The position numbers and the translations under genes were made by a program. A stretch of DNA of 64,000 nucleotides from Eledone cirrhosa (Eukaryota). The stretch spans positions 201,252,001 through 201,316,000 of the forward strand of contig OZ024741.1 in assembly GCA_964016885.1 (NCBI GenBank), in the 5' to 3' direction. This document shows, one piece after another, positions 40,918-55,799 of this stretch. Each line of letters starts with the position of its first letter. Within the stretch, counting starts at the first letter, position 1. The notes beneath the pieces are model-generated. The model worked only from the letters and a program-made list of their open reading frames with translations. It made no database searches and was not told the origin of the DNA.

Positions 40918-41698
40918 AATATATAAACAACCATCCAGTTATTGAACTAACCAACCGGAAATTTATAATAAATTGAAGCGAAAACCAACAGGTGCGTGAG
41001 TTCTTTTTTTATTGATAGCATGACCCTCCCAAAGTAAGACAGTATCGGTTTCAACACACGTTTTCAGATGAGAAATCTTGACAAAACAAAAAAAACAAAT
41101 CCCAAAACGAAGTATATTTACATATATATGTGTGTGTATATATATGTAAACATATATATATATGGATAGTTGTAACTACTTATAAACATTCACTAAAATA
41201 TAACCAACGTAATGGAAAAGAAAACCGTAATATTAATACCCACAACACATGCACATTTGAATATTACAGAAACAATTATCACACTACATCCACCATAAAC
41301 TTCATAGAAACTACTTTTAATACACGAACATCTCTGTCTGCTTAATATGCTTTTAAATCTGTATTGTATTATGTGATATATTTGCCACACTGTAATATAT
41401 ATATGCCTAGTACCATTGCTTGTTTCCTACCTAGCTATTCTGTACATGCCTAACACATTTGCATTCTCTATACGCTTGCATATGTACTGCTAATGTCCTC
41501 GTTTTGCGAGTAACTTTTTGCCTTAATTCCTATATAATTGTTATATTATTCTTTTGTAATCTTTGTCGCATCCACTGTTACTGACCTCAACATCTCCACT
41601 CTGTAAATATGATACTGTTGATGACAATATTAATATCTATGTATCTTTATGATTGTTCTGTAGAATAGAACGTTAATTATATGTCTAAATTTTGCTAG

Positions 41699-41745
41699 TG
41701 CTCCGATGATCCCAAACGAAAGTTTGGAAGAAACGATTGTCAGCA
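41699..41745 (+). ncRNA. Minimal type I HHR, U4C core variant
   Basis: TGCT-CCGATGA-TCCCAAAC(GAAA)GTTTGGAA-GAAAC-GATT-GTC-AGCA, overlapping AATAAA. Confidence 0.65.
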
Positions 41746-41886
41746 ATAAAATGTTTTGAACATAGTCTTGATTATTCTGTAAAACATCTGATGTATTTAC
41801 ATTGAGCTATTTTTCTTACTAGTAATAAGGTAGTAATGACCTTTCCTGTTTATAATTATATATAGTGTATATATAAGTATAAATAA

Positions 41887-42074
<188 letters not shown>

Positions 42075-42213
42075 GAGTGTGTACATTTGTGTGCGTATGG
42101 TGATGTTGGGTAGGAGTGTGTGGGTGGTGGAGGGGTTATTTGTTTAGTACTGTTATTAGTTGGTGGGGTTATATACATCTAAATTAAAATATTTTTTTGT
42201 AGTTCTTTTTAAT

Positions 42214-42395
42214 AATTGTTTCTACTTTTGGCACAAGGCCAGAAATTACCCCAGAAATTACTTTATTTTATCGACCCCGTAAGGATGAAAGGCAAAGCTA
42301 ACCTCCGTGGGATTTGAACTCAGAAGGTAAATGGCCATCACTGTATGCTGCAAAGCATGGTATCTGACCCTCTACAGATACTGATAATCCACCGG
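42214..42395 (-). mobile_element. SINE family 1, near full length
   Basis: A/B boxes and core. Confidence 0.87.
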
Positions 42396-44175
42396 CAACA
42401 ATAATGTCTATAATATTGCAATGCTGCATGGTTTGTTACTGTTTTTATTTTTTATCATTAAAATTCAGTTTATTATGACTACCATGATCAATTGTTGTAG
42501 TGGTCCTTAATGTTACACTTGAGAGTATGTGTGGGCCCATAACTCTTGATAATGTCGTAGGGGTGCCTTCGTTTTATTTTAAACCCCACTTCATGTCGGA
42601 ACACAGCCGATCTCTTTTAGAGGAGGCAAGAGAGATTGATAGAGAGAAATCTCTATACAGCATGGCTAAATATATTTCAATGTATGTAGCTTATTGTGTT
42701 TTAGTCCATTTCATTTGCCAAAGATACATCTTCGTTGAATGTGGATTAAGTTTTAAACCCAAATCTCTATACAGCATGACGATTTATATTTCAACATATG
42801 TTGCTTGTGTTTTAGTACTTCAAATATTATGACTATTGTGAAATAAGAATGTATCGTGAAGCCATACGTTTACACTCAGCGAAAGGATTGATTCATTCTC
42901 TTGTATGTTCGTGAAATCAGTTGAATTCACCAAAGATAATTCCTTAACCAGTTCTGAATATTAAGACAAAAATAATTGAATTGGCTCCGATCTCACTTTA
43001 TATATGTATTTTTAATGAACTTGGCTATAGATCAATAATATTGTTTTCAAACATTCTACATCTCCCTTACTACAGAGTTTCGGGTTTAATCAGGCTCCAA
43101 ATGTTACCATCATTAAGTTGATTCAATACTTGTATCCTGTTACAAAGTTATAAGTAAACAATTTTCTAAATTTCGTTCCAACAAAACTTATCAGAATTTT
43201 CTATTACATGAGCATGAAAACTTTAACTTTAAAATAGACAATAATCCATCACGACTGTTTAGTCTTTCTGAAATATATAATGCTGCAACTATTTATACAC
43301 TTTTTAAAATGAGCAGGGAGTGATATTAAAATGTTTGTGTAGTTGTTGTTTAGCCACAGGTCAGTACTATCACGCAGACTTGTGATCAAAGCCTTTCCAG
43401 CGGTGAACATTCCATATTTTTTATAGCTAAGATTACATTGCCAATGTTTCTTTATTTGCGGAATACTTGGCTGATATTTCTAGCATATAGTTGGCTCATT
43501 AGTTGTATAGTAGAGTTGTTGAATGTTAGTGATGTCGACAGCTAATTGTGAAATCTTCCAGCACATTGCATCAGAGGTACATACAAGCGTTCACGATTGA
43601 CTACGCATTTAAAGCAGCTCATTGGATATATGTATAGAGTTTCAAAGAATGAGTGAAAAATAATCAAAATAGTAATCACAATAGCGTTTTCTTTTACTTC
43701 CATTATATAATTTTAAGCTATATGTATTAAAAAATTGAAATTATATTTATTGAAGGCGTAAATTAATTTATTACATTGATACATACTAGTTTATGTAGCG
43801 GAGGAATGAGAAACAAGATCACTCGTTGGAAGAAGAAAAAACAGCACGCGGAGATGTGGGCCCAGCTACCCTAGTTTGTTAGGAGCAATCAAGGGCCGAA
43901 ACACTTGATGAGAGTTTTTCCTCTGAAGACCCTCCTGCTGTACGCTCGCCCGTCGCAAGATTCTGCCTACTTGCAGCGGAGGGCTAAAGAGGTATAATTG
44001 ATCCTAGTATAACTATCAACCCCGGAGATATGAAAGTTGTAATTGACTTCAGTAAGATTTGAACTCAAAACCTACAGTCTATTCTTACACCTCTTCTCTA
44101 ATAATCGAGAACTCTCATTCAAACCAAACACTATACATCATAAAAGGGATAAGTATAGGCCGTACAAAGTGCAAA

Positions 44176-44301
44176 ATAACGAACCACAGATCCGGAAACA
44201 ATGCAGTCTTTAAAACATGGAAGAGAACATAATGAAGACATCTATCGCCATTTTGAAAATGTTTTAAAGACTACATTGTTTCTGGATCTGTGGTTCGTTA
44301 T
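44176..44301. repeat. Inverted repeat (43-bp arms) just upstream of an HHR
   Basis: ATAACGAACCACAGATCC..TTTAAAACAT / ATGTTTTAAA..GGATCTGTGGTTCGTTAT. Confidence 0.9.
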
Positions 44302-44310
44302 CTTTCACTC

Positions 44311-44420
44311 TCTTCTGAAGAGTCTGAAGGGATATAATTCTACTGGTGTATAAAAATCTTTATTTAATCCCTTCCATAAGAATACGAATGTTACTCTTCA
44401 GATGAAACATCGTGTAAGGA
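44311..44420 (+). ncRNA. Type I HHR, intact core, ~82-nt stem II domain
   Basis: TCTT-CTGAAGA-GTCTGAAGGG...CTCTTCAGAT-GAAAC-ATCGT-GTA-AGGA, overlapping AATAAA. Confidence 0.75.
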
Positions 44421-44911
44421 ATAAAACCTTTTGATAAGATACTTGTTTTCTCCAGCGTAAATTTCTACTTATAGGCATCTAACACAATGTATCATAATAT
44501 CTTCTCCTCTGAATTTACGATATATTACTTCTATTTTTTATATATATTTGTATATATATGTGTGTGTGTGTGTAAAGTGACCGTTACAGAACTAGACTTG
44601 TAGGAGTCTGTTTTTAATAAATCAATATACCCTCTTTACTTATGTTAATTATCTTACTCAAATTTTGGTTCCTTATTTTACAACAATTAAGTTGCGTAAG
44701 AGACAGTTTTTTTGTGCAGTATCAATTTATGTCACGTAAATCAGCGATTCGACAGATACAGACCAATGAAATACGTACCAGATTGAAATATTTTTCTGAG
44801 ATCGAAATGATCATTTAAAACATTGAAGGCGGTGCCCCAGCATGTCCATAATTCATTGATTGAAACGAGTAAAAGAATATATGAAAAGATTGAATATTTG
44901 TAACACTTTTC

Positions 44912-45370
44912 ATCTTCTTCTTCTTCTTCTTTCTTTTTCTTCTTTTTCTTTTTCTTTGTCTTCTTCTTCTGTTTCTTCTTCTTCTTCTCCCACATATACT
45001 TGGGAGGGTCGAGGGGGAAAGTCCTCAAGCACGCCGTTCAACGGGTCCTTTTAGAAGTAGCCATCTCCACTAGATCTGGATAGATCCCCAATCATAACCA
45101 ACCGAGTTCATAAACGTTATACCACCATCTTTCCTAGGACTCCTGCCAGTGTGCTTTGCCCGTAAAATCTGTCCAGCGATTCTTTCCTGAGACATTCTAA
45201 CCCCATGTCCTTTCTATCGGAGCTGTGATCTCTCAATTTGGAGAAGTAGCGGCTCTGCCAGGAGGAACCCCATTCCACCCGCTTGAATTCGCGATCGTAT
45301 TCTTTCCGTCATTATCCAATATTCATAAGCATAGGTAAGTGTTGGCACGAATAGCAACGTAATTTTTTTT
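44912..45370 (-). mobile_element. RTE (Expander-like) 3' fragment with GAA-rich tail
   Basis: Similar to 17649-18150 and 55800-56355. Confidence 0.6.
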
Positions 45371-45556
45371 ACACATTGTACACATTTCTCTACGTTTTAT
45401 ATGCGTATATTTTGCCCAGCACTTGTCTTTTTGCACATTTTGTTAACCTTATTTAATGCTACACCCTGTTTAACTGACGGCCCTGTCTTCACCCATTCCT
45501 CTTTATTCTACTTGTCATTTTGCCTATACATATATATATATATATATATATATATC

Positions 45557-46019
<463 letters not shown>

Positions 46020-46150
46020 GATAAATCTACCAAGAGTTTACGGTAGTGTCCAATCCGTATGAAGAACTCAATGTAATCCGGATATCATGGAAAGAAGAGA
46101 TGCAATGAAAAATCACTTTCGGTGAAAGATAAACGGAATACAGAGTCAAG

Positions 46151-46639
46151 ATAAAATATTAAAAAAATAATGAATAAAACAATGAAACAGTTCCTTATAT
46201 TAAACAAAAAAAGTTCATTATTTAACGATCGTTTCTGGGATATATATGTGTTAGAATTGGCATGTATATTTAACAGATCTATGTACAAAATTATACAAAA
46301 TTATACAAACTATCAAAATTAAATATACATACCAACTCATATATATGCCTGAAGATATATATGCCTGAAGATATATATTTCTGAAGATATATATTTCTGA
46401 AGATAGATATATATGCCTGAAGATATATATTTCTGAAGACGGCATATATATGAGTTGGTATGTATATTTAATTTTGATAGTTTGTATAATTTTGTATAAT
46501 TTTGTACATAGATCTGTTAAATATACATGCCAATTCTAACACATATATATCCCAGAAACGATCGTTAAATAATGAACTTTTTTTGTTTAATATAAGGAAC
46601 TGTTTCATTGTTTTATTCATTATTTTTTTAATATTTTAT
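46151..46639. repeat. Palindrome with 199-bp arms and a tandem-repeat spacer
   Basis: Arms 46151-46349 and 46441-46639 read as exact reverse complements; six CTGAAGA-containing ~16-nt units at the centre. Confidence 0.95.
46428..46571 (+). ncRNA. Type I HHR with ~115-nt stem II domain
   Basis: TATTT-CTGAAGA-[CGGCATATATATGAGTTGGTATGTATATTTAA...TTAAATATACATGCCAATTC..CATATATATCCCA]-GAAAC-GATC-GTT-AAATA. Confidence 0.7.
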
Positions 46640-47722
46640 ATATATATATATATATACTATAAAGTATGACCAAAGAATCATTTGATAATATATATACACC
46701 ATTTCTTATCCCAATTAGCATAATCAACCACATAAAAAATCAATTAGACCAGGCTATAAGATTAAAAGGCACCTATGAAGAAATATTAGATTAATAAACG
46801 ACAGCAATCTCTTCGCGGCCGACCGCCATAGAATATTTACCCAACATTTCAACAGCACGTGGAAATCGACTAAATATACCGTCAACCATACACAATTAGG
46901 TATAAAATTAAAATTAGAAGAAATGCGTACACACTTAACAGGATTATGTCTCTACCCTGGGGTTTCGTTCGCATTTTGAGATATTTTATTAAGGATAAAA
47001 TCTCGAGCTTCGAACTCGTCAGGAAACAAACTCATAGGACAAGTAATTTTCAAAATGGCTAAGATTATGTATATATATATTTGTACATGAATTTTCTTAT
47101 ATATGTATATATGTGTGTGTATACATATATATGTGTGTGTGTGTGTGTGTGTGTAAGAAAATGAGGTTTTTTTATAAAAACACAAAAGAAAAAGAAAAAA
47201 CGAGATGTCCTATACGGGTGAATGTATAGGGAAAAGAAATCGAAAATGCAACTGGAATCTTTTTAAGAATATTTATTTATTTCCTTTACTAGTTTCACAG
47301 TTCTAATGCTTTTCAAAAGTAAAATGGAGATGGAGGGTTTGTGGTTTATTCTCTTTTACTCTTTTACCTGTTTCAGCCATCCGGCTGAGGCCATATATAT
47401 ATATATAACCATATATATATATATAACCATACACATACACACATATATATATATGTATGTGTAGTGCGCGCGTGTGGTTGCAAGAAAAATTGCGTCCATA
47501 GGCGGTATGCCGGTTGAGCACTCGATGCTCACGCAGAACAGAGTATAATACTATAATAATGAAGGGACACAGATTCAGTGTTGCATCATAACATATTTAA
47601 TAACATATTACATATGTTTCACTATCGATCAGCTCGAGGAACGACCTATTATTGATCGAACCTGACACTGTAATGGAAAGATCATCATATATATATGAGC
47701 ACACACACCCACACACACACAC

Positions 47723-47757
<35 letters not shown>

Positions 47758-47780
47758 CGTATGTGTATGTATGTGTGTGT

Positions 47781-47843
<63 letters not shown>

Positions 47844-47881
47844 ATTAAATAAATGGAAAACTATATTTATAAAACCATATC

Positions 47882-47947
47882 TATTTCATTATATATATTT
47901 CGGGGATATCATATTAACAATATGCTATGCCTTCATCAGACAAAATA
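47882..47947 (-). ncRNA. Type I HHR, family A
   Basis: TATTTTGT-CTGATGA-AGGCATAGCATA(TTGTTAA)TATGATATCCCC-GAAA-TATATA-TA-ATGAAATA. Confidence 0.75.
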
Positions 47948-49369
47948 CAATATAAACAGTTTTATAGATAAATAGATTCGACATACCGTTATAACACCGA
48001 CTTCATTTGAAGAGGTTTACGCTGGCTGTGAAAAAATGTTTACACAGAGAGAAAGAAAAAGAGAGAAAACAGAAAGAAAGACAGAAAACGAAGAAAGGGA
48101 AGAAAAAGAAGAGAAAGAGGAAATGCATGGAACAAAATAGAGAGATGGAAAGATAGATAAAGCGAAGAACTTCATGTAAAGAAACAGAAAGAGATATATA
48201 TATAGAGAGAGAGAGGAAATAGAGATAGATACATATATATATATAGAAAATTAGGTAGTGGGAGGTCATTTTGAGTAAATGTATCAATGATACGTTTATT
48301 TATTTATTTATTTATTTAGCTCAAGTATTAATGTAAGGGAGATATATAGAGAGAGAAAAAAAAATATAGAGAGAGGAAAAAATAGCGAGAGAAAAAATTT
48401 AAAAATAGCCAGATATATTCGAGGCGTAAAATCCCTATGTTTTAATGTATTTATAAAACTTACACTATATTGTAAATATCAGTATTCCTGAATGAAACAA
48501 GTATCTATAATGTGTGAAAATTAATTATCTTATGTTTAGTTTAAAAAAATTCATATGTTTATGTGACAGCTACAAACATCCATGCGAATCCAACTGATTC
48601 ACTCTGCAAACTCTAAGTTCACGGAAAACATTCTCAATGTGGTATAAAAATTTGAGCATACAAATATGTGTATTATTATTCCTGTCATTACTCTACAAGA
48701 TTATCTATCAAGCAGAAGTAGAGAGCAGATTTCAGTATACTAATAAAAATATATATCATAAACAAAACTAAAAATAAAAAGATAACAATAATAATAATAA
48801 GTAAAAATATAGAATAGAAAACTAAAAAAATTAAAAAATATTACGAAAGAATATTACATAATAAAAATATTATATATTAAACATACTACGTATTAAAAAA
48901 TATTACTTATTAAAAATTTACATATTAAAGATATTAAAAATACAATAAAAATAAAAAATATTATAGAATACTACAATAATAAAAATAAAAATAAAAATAA
49001 AATTAAAAATACACCACAAAGATCAACCCTTCAAAGTTAATTGACAATATATTGCCAAGTTCTTTACAAGACAAAGCCAAAAATTATCTATCAAATCACA
49101 TCTAGCAAAGATCATTTCAAAAAGATTATGATGTCCAATTAGGTCTATATATGTTCTTATATTTAATATAGAAGTTTATCTAGTGTAAGGTTTATTCAAA
49201 AAATTTGGAGCATCAGCTTTTAGGGTAGCTTAATTTTTCATGAGGAATGTTTAGATAAAAATAAAATAAAAATAAACAATAAAAAGAGAGTAAAAAGAAG
49301 GAATCAAAGATTTAGGAATCAAAAATTTATCGGCTAGTTTCCCATATAAATATAAATCAAACTAAATAT

Positions 49370-49847
49370 ACTACATTTTAAATTTAAATTTATATTTAAA
49401 CGTTGAGTTTAATCTATGTTTGCAACAACTGAATAAATTTGTCCGTAGGTTAAGGGAATTTTTAGATTTTAGTATAAAGAATATCTCCTCTGCGCAGAGG
49501 TCACATGTCTCAGAGGATGAATTAAAAGGAATCCCTCTTGAGACTATATTCCAAGCCGTCGAATATCTAACGTTATCTAGCTTAAGTTGCCAGAGTACGC
49601 CTGATAGTGCCGTTGAAGATTTTTTACTTGGATCTGTGAAAGAATTCTTGTGGTTATTATAGCGAAGTTTAAATTCCGTCGATGTGGAACCGACGTAGTT
49701 AAAAGAATTAGAGTCAGTATTAACATTACAATTGTATACTATATTTTTAACTAAGCAGTTGTTATTTAACGGACATTTAGATCTATCTCTACAGTTACAT
49801 TTGTTAACTTGTATATTATTTATGTTATTATCAGTAGGTTTTAAGTT
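49370..49847 (-). pseudogene. Penelope-like linker + GIY-YIG endonuclease, open frame absent from the ORF track
   Basis: CNCRDRSKCPLNNNCL..IVY..YVGSTSTEFKLRYNNHKNSF..TALSGVLW.LK..W..CDLCAEE..LNLR..CKH. Confidence 0.88.
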
Positions 49848-49924
49848 CTACCAGTTATAAATATTTACTAGTTGTAACCCAACAATTTTAAATATAACTT
49901 TCCATATATATATATATATATATA

Positions 49925-50068
49925 TAGAAGTAGTTCCACAACAGGTAGTTCACCATACCGAGAACAAATGTTTCACCTTATTCGGATCCTTAGACCGAGC
50001 TAAGGATCCGGATAAGGTGAAACATTTGTTGTTGGTATGGTGAACTAACTGTTGTGGAACTACTTCTA
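49925..50068. repeat. Palindrome (69-bp arms) with GAAAC-ATTT-GTT half-HHR in each arm
   Basis: Centre GGATCCTTAG-ACCGAG-CTAAGGATCC. Confidence 0.9.
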
Positions 50069-50129
50069 CCAAACTCTTCCCATGGACTGAGTGCTCTACT
50101 ACTACGGATATAATCCACCAGTGTTCTAC

Positions 50130-50219
<90 letters not shown>

Positions 50220-50662
50220 GTGTGTGTGTGTGTGCGTGTGCGTGTGTGTATGCATGTGCATGTATTTTTATATGTATAGGACTGTGGTCATAAAACTGAA
50301 AAAGACAATTTCTAACGAAATAGTAGCAAATCTTAAAATTTAAGAACGTAGAGACACGGACAGCTTAAAATACCAAAAAACTAAATCTTGAAAATATACT
50401 TCAAGAAGACAAAATTAGAAAAAAGGAATGTTAAAAGGTGTTTATTTACAGCTTTTATTTATAACATATATTGATGCGTTGTGTATATGTGTACGTGTGT
50501 ACGTGTGTGTGTGTGTATGTGTGTGTCTGTTTCTGTGTATGTGTGTGTGTGCGCGCGTATGTATCATATTTCATATATTTCATATATATATGTGCGTATG
50601 AATGTCTATAGTTCAATTTTAATGTATATTTTGTTACTGTCTATGTGCGTATGTTTATATAT

Positions 50663-50758
<96 letters not shown>

Positions 50759-50957
50759 GAGGTTATATTTAATTTGTTGGGATTCAACAAGCTTAAACAT
50801 TTTTTTATAACTGATATAAAGCACTCAACAAGTTAGTGGAGTAAATACACAATATATTAATAATTTACAATATATTAATAATTTGCCTTTGTTGCCCTTG
50901 AAATATATATAATAAAATAAATATGGTTTTATAAATATAGTTTCCATTTATTAATAT

Positions 50958-51234
<277 letters not shown>

Positions 51235-52290
51235 CATGTGTGTGTATGTGTCCATACTTTTAGCATTTAAATTTTATTACCCGTTCATTCTTCATCTTTT
51301 TTCTTCTACATTTGACTCTCACTGATCAATTCCAGAAAATAATATGTTTTCTGATGTGTCTAACTGTTTGAAATTATATCCTTTTTACGCTCTGTCGTCT
51401 GATTCTAATTTAGATAAATTAATACACTGAAAATCTCAGAACTAGGGAATTGAATCTTTACACACGCACAGCAAGATTTTACGATAATACATTTTATTCA
51501 TATAAAAAAAGAACGGAGACCGAACGCCGTCCTCGTTGCCCTTTGTAATGTACGAAGCTTATGACCTCCGAAACAGTCATCGATGGTTATCTTGCAGAAA
51601 TTAAGCAGCACTCTATCAAATGTAATATCACCATGGCCGTACCGGCAGAAGTGCGGTCAAGCAGCCAACGGATAGAAATATCTGGCATCATAAATTAAAG
51701 ATAACATTTGACACGATGGGTCGACTCACTTTTCAAAATTCGATTTCATTTTGACATTAGATCCGCTCCAATGATGTTCTGAATAGTTTTAATACAAAAA
51801 TACAAAATGAAGTATAAAAAAACAAGTACTTTTCTAACTCATATTCTAAGTTCGTTCGTATTCATGTAAGTGCGTTGGTGTCCGTGCCTGTCTGTGTGTG
51901 TGGGAAGGCTCAACGTTTTCCTCACTAATCTTTGTTGATGTGTACTTATGCATGGATGGGTATATATTTCATTATATTCAATAGACACTTCTCGGGAACA
52001 GAAAGGAATTTTTTTCTTTACTTTCCTTTTAATTCATTTATTTTTTCATAATATGTTTTTAATTTTAAGATCAACAATGAAATACTCGTTCCTTTTGAAA
52101 TTATAAATGGATTAAATAGAAAAGAATTCGTGTTTTGACTTTATTACATGCTTACAGAGTACAGTGACTTGGTGAGTGGGTATTCGATTCGTTGAAACAA
52201 AAGCGTATAAAAATTGCTATCATGTTTATTAATTAATTATACATACATACATTCATATCTATATATAAAAATATATATATATAAAATATA

Positions 52291-52358
<68 letters not shown>

Positions 52359-52399
52359 CATACATATATATTAGTTGGGGAAGTCTTTACGTTTCGGAC

Positions 52400-52767
52400 G
52401 CTGGTACTTAACCTTTTCCGTTCCAATGACCCGGTCCTTCCCGGTTAGGGATTCCTACAGCTGCGCCTCCACCAACTTTGTCTATGGGCTCCATTGCATT
52501 CTGTACGGAGCTATCTACATCGGTGAAACAGGCCATCGTCTGACTGATAGATTAGCTGTACACTTTCGGGATATCCGGATCGGTAACCCGACTCCGATCT
52601 CCCGACATTTTCGATCCGCCAGCCACGCCACACTCCACTTCAGTGTCTTCGGGCTTGCACATTTTGCTGGACCCCCTGCCTCGCGCTGGCGGAGAGAACA
52701 GCAACTTATTTTCCCCTTACAAACCTTTCTTCATCCTCACCTTAATGCCCCACCCATCCTTTTTTAA
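52400..52767 (+). pseudogene. Penelope-like GIY-YIG endonuclease fragment
   Basis: SCASTNFVYGLHC..IYIGETGHRLTDRL..H..PISRHF..RREQQLIF.LQT..P.LN. Confidence 0.9.
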
Positions 52768-53033
52768 TTTGCTCTGTCTTATACTCTCTATGACACATTA
52801 AACATACTTCCTTTATCCCATGATACATACTCGTTCATACATACACACTTACGTACACATCACAGTTAGATACTTTTAACATACACATTATAAACTTCTA
52901 TATACATACACGCGTTATTTTCACACATACAAATCCACACATCTCTTGTTTTCAATCTTCCTTTTCGATTTTCTTTGTCTTTACTGGACCTTTTTTTCTA
53001 TTTCTCCATTGTGATCTTGTCTCTAATTTGTAC

Positions 53034-53065
53034 TCCTGAAGAAGGGCTTAAGCATGACACGTCGA
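53034..53065 (+). ncRNA. Degenerate minimal HHR downstream of the GIY-YIG fragment
   Basis: TC-CTGAAGA-AGGGC(TTAA)GCAT-GACAC-GTC-GA; GAAA is mutated. Confidence 0.5.
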
Positions 53066-53666
53066 ACTTTCTTTCCTCTTTCCAATATAAAGCATGAAAC
53101 TAATAAGATTTTTGAACCTCTCTTTGTTGTCTACTTGAATTTTACATGACTACTTTTGTTAAGCTATCTCCCTTTACTATGGCTCTCATGTAAATTGGAA
53201 AAGTGATAAATATTTTTAATGAATATTTATCATTTGTTTGCCATGTCTACATATTCAATGTGTAAATCTATAGACATATTTATACATTCTCACTTACCTC
53301 TGCACTGTACATGTAGATATAAATGTATCGTATACCTCGGCTGCTTGGCGCACAATTCTATATATATAAAAAACTTAACTAACAATATGGACGCTAATAA
53401 TATGCATATTAGTATCACCAATTCAGTGATACTACAATAAGGCTATATAACCCCTTCAGTTACGTATTTACCTGTGGTTATTTAAGCCATATAAATAAAT
53501 ACCTTCTGATGAGAACCTTCAAAATTTATCTTCACATTTATCATTGTTTCAATTTGCAGGGAAATACCTAAATTGTGACATGTTTACATGTTTATATAAT
53601 CAGTGTGTAAAGCTTTATGCATATTTACCTAATCACGTTTACATTTGTACATGCATGCATGCATGC

Positions 53667-54302
53667 ATACATACATACATACATACATGGTGGCTGCCAA
53701 CTCGTTTTCGAGTACGGCCACTACTTTATATCCATGTAGGAGAACCCCTACCGATGCGCTGAATGAGTGTGACTTTTTAGTCCAGCCAGCGACTTGAAAA
53801 CTCTGGTACAAACACTACACTTGTGACAATTATTGACACATAGTGCTGGGCCCATGGTATCATGTGACGACAAGTGCAGAGAGTTCTCCAGATATAAAGC
53901 AATGCCTGTGCCGTGAAGCTTTTATAGTGAGCAAAGGCACTGCACAAAGCCAGTCCCACTCTCTTAACCAAGATGATATTTACCAAAAAGAAGAACAAGT
54001 CAACATCATTGGATACCATGAGGGTTGCAGGTGTTATATCAGAATTTTCCTTCTCCTAGAATTCTGCCTTGACAAAGGCTAAGGGGTCATCTCTCCCGGT
54101 GATTTTGGATGGCCATTGACTCTTAAGAGCTCCTTTGCCCTTTGACAGGTTTTGTTTTTAGTCCTGCAGGATGTCCAAAGTCACCCTCCTCACCAAGAAA
54201 CCTTGGTGGGATTTCCAGTTTAGTCGCCAACGACCCGACCATGAGACAGGTTGTACTGGGATACATGTTACCAGTAACACCAACTGGTGACCTGACAAAC
54301 CT
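53667..54302 (-). mobile_element. Internally deleted RTE-like element (5' UTR-like part + 3' end) in (TATG)n
   Basis: TAGCCTT..AAGGCA..CTAGGAGAAGGAAAA motif, FKSLAGLKSH zinc-finger-like remnant, end CGAGTTGGCAGCCACC(ATGT)n; related pieces at 60541-60690, 63541-63571 and 63840-64000. Confidence 0.55.
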
Positions 54303-55448
54303 ACATACATACATACATACATACATACATACATACATACATACATACATACATACATACATACATACATACATACGCGGTATCACAAATTAATATAGTG
54401 TAAGTGCAATAAACAAACACCACGCTACTATTGTTTATAAATAGACACATTATCATTATTGGTTGAAAACCCAAACTCATCTATTTCTTTTTTTTTTTTT
54501 TTTTTTTGTCTTCTTTAAAATATTGGGAGAATCTTTCATTTCAAATTTTTAAAATACGAGGTGGTATCAAAACGTTTCCAAACTAGCTCTATAGTGCATT
54601 GCTTCGATCGCGGGTTGGGGTTATAAATGATGTTAAGACGCCCCTGCTCACCACGGAAAAAGACGTGTTTATCGTAGGACGACACCCTGGGTGGTCAATC
54701 GATCTACTAAGGATATCAGCCAACAAATCATTCACATGGTTATTAAATTCTAATGGCTAAACTCAAATCCTTTATCAACAACAGACTAGAATTCAACATC
54801 CAGTGGCTAGCATAAACAGACCTACTACCACATTTCATTCCCCTTCAAAAATAGATACAGCCAAAGCTGAGATCAGAACATGGCTTAGAACACATATCAC
54901 GTGAGCCATTCACCCTTCCCAGCGTTGTATAAAACAACCATTTTCAGATTAAAAATTGGCATGAAAATCACGCAAGTTAACCTGCTCCGAATAAATGTCC
55001 ATAATTCTTTTTTCTTTTGGCGAAGCGATTTTATCTCGAAATATTAAAGACTATTATACAACTCCAAAGTAACATCCCAATATCTTTATTATTATTATTT
55101 TTAACATTTAATGACCCATTTGTATTACTGTAAACTTCTAATAAAATACTAATTCATACATTTTACACAATGCTTCAAACACACAGCACACACACATGTA
55201 CACACACACACTTATATATATATATTTGAGTGAGTGTGAGCGCACGTGTATCTTTTGCCTGTGTACAACCACTCACATGAGTAAAAATGTAAATGTCCAT
55301 AATAACTCCGATTCAATCCCTAATGTATGCTGTATGGACCCGTAACTCCTGGTGGAGTCGTAAGGCCGCTGTTGTGACATGGGGCATTTGAAACCTGGCA
55401 GAGCACACCCCTTCTCCAAGTCTTAATACATCTGATTTCATCTAGAGA

Positions 55449-55509
<61 letters not shown>

Positions 55510-55799
55510 AAAGATATATAAAGGAAGAATCGACCTTAGTACTGGACTGGTAATCCTTTTATCAACATCGAAAGGATGAAAGGTAAATTTGACCCCGGAA
55601 AGGTTTGCAGTCAGAACTCAGAGAGTCGGAACGAATATCGCGAAGCATTCTATCTGACATTCTAACTGCATATAAATACAACCGACATCACTGCATTAAC
55701 TGTAAAGTGTTTGGAAGTGACGTTAACATATACGCCTTTACGTTATATAACGCGTGAACTATATACACATAAATGCAACCATAGCTTAGTATAGTATAG

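Noticed and set aside
46349-46440. Short regular repeats resembling a CRISPR array
   Set aside because: Head-to-tail 16-nt units with no unique spacers, no cas genes, eukaryotic context.
54557-54600. TACGAGG.. mariner-like terminal inverted repeat
   Set aside because: No matching opposite end or transposase remnant found.
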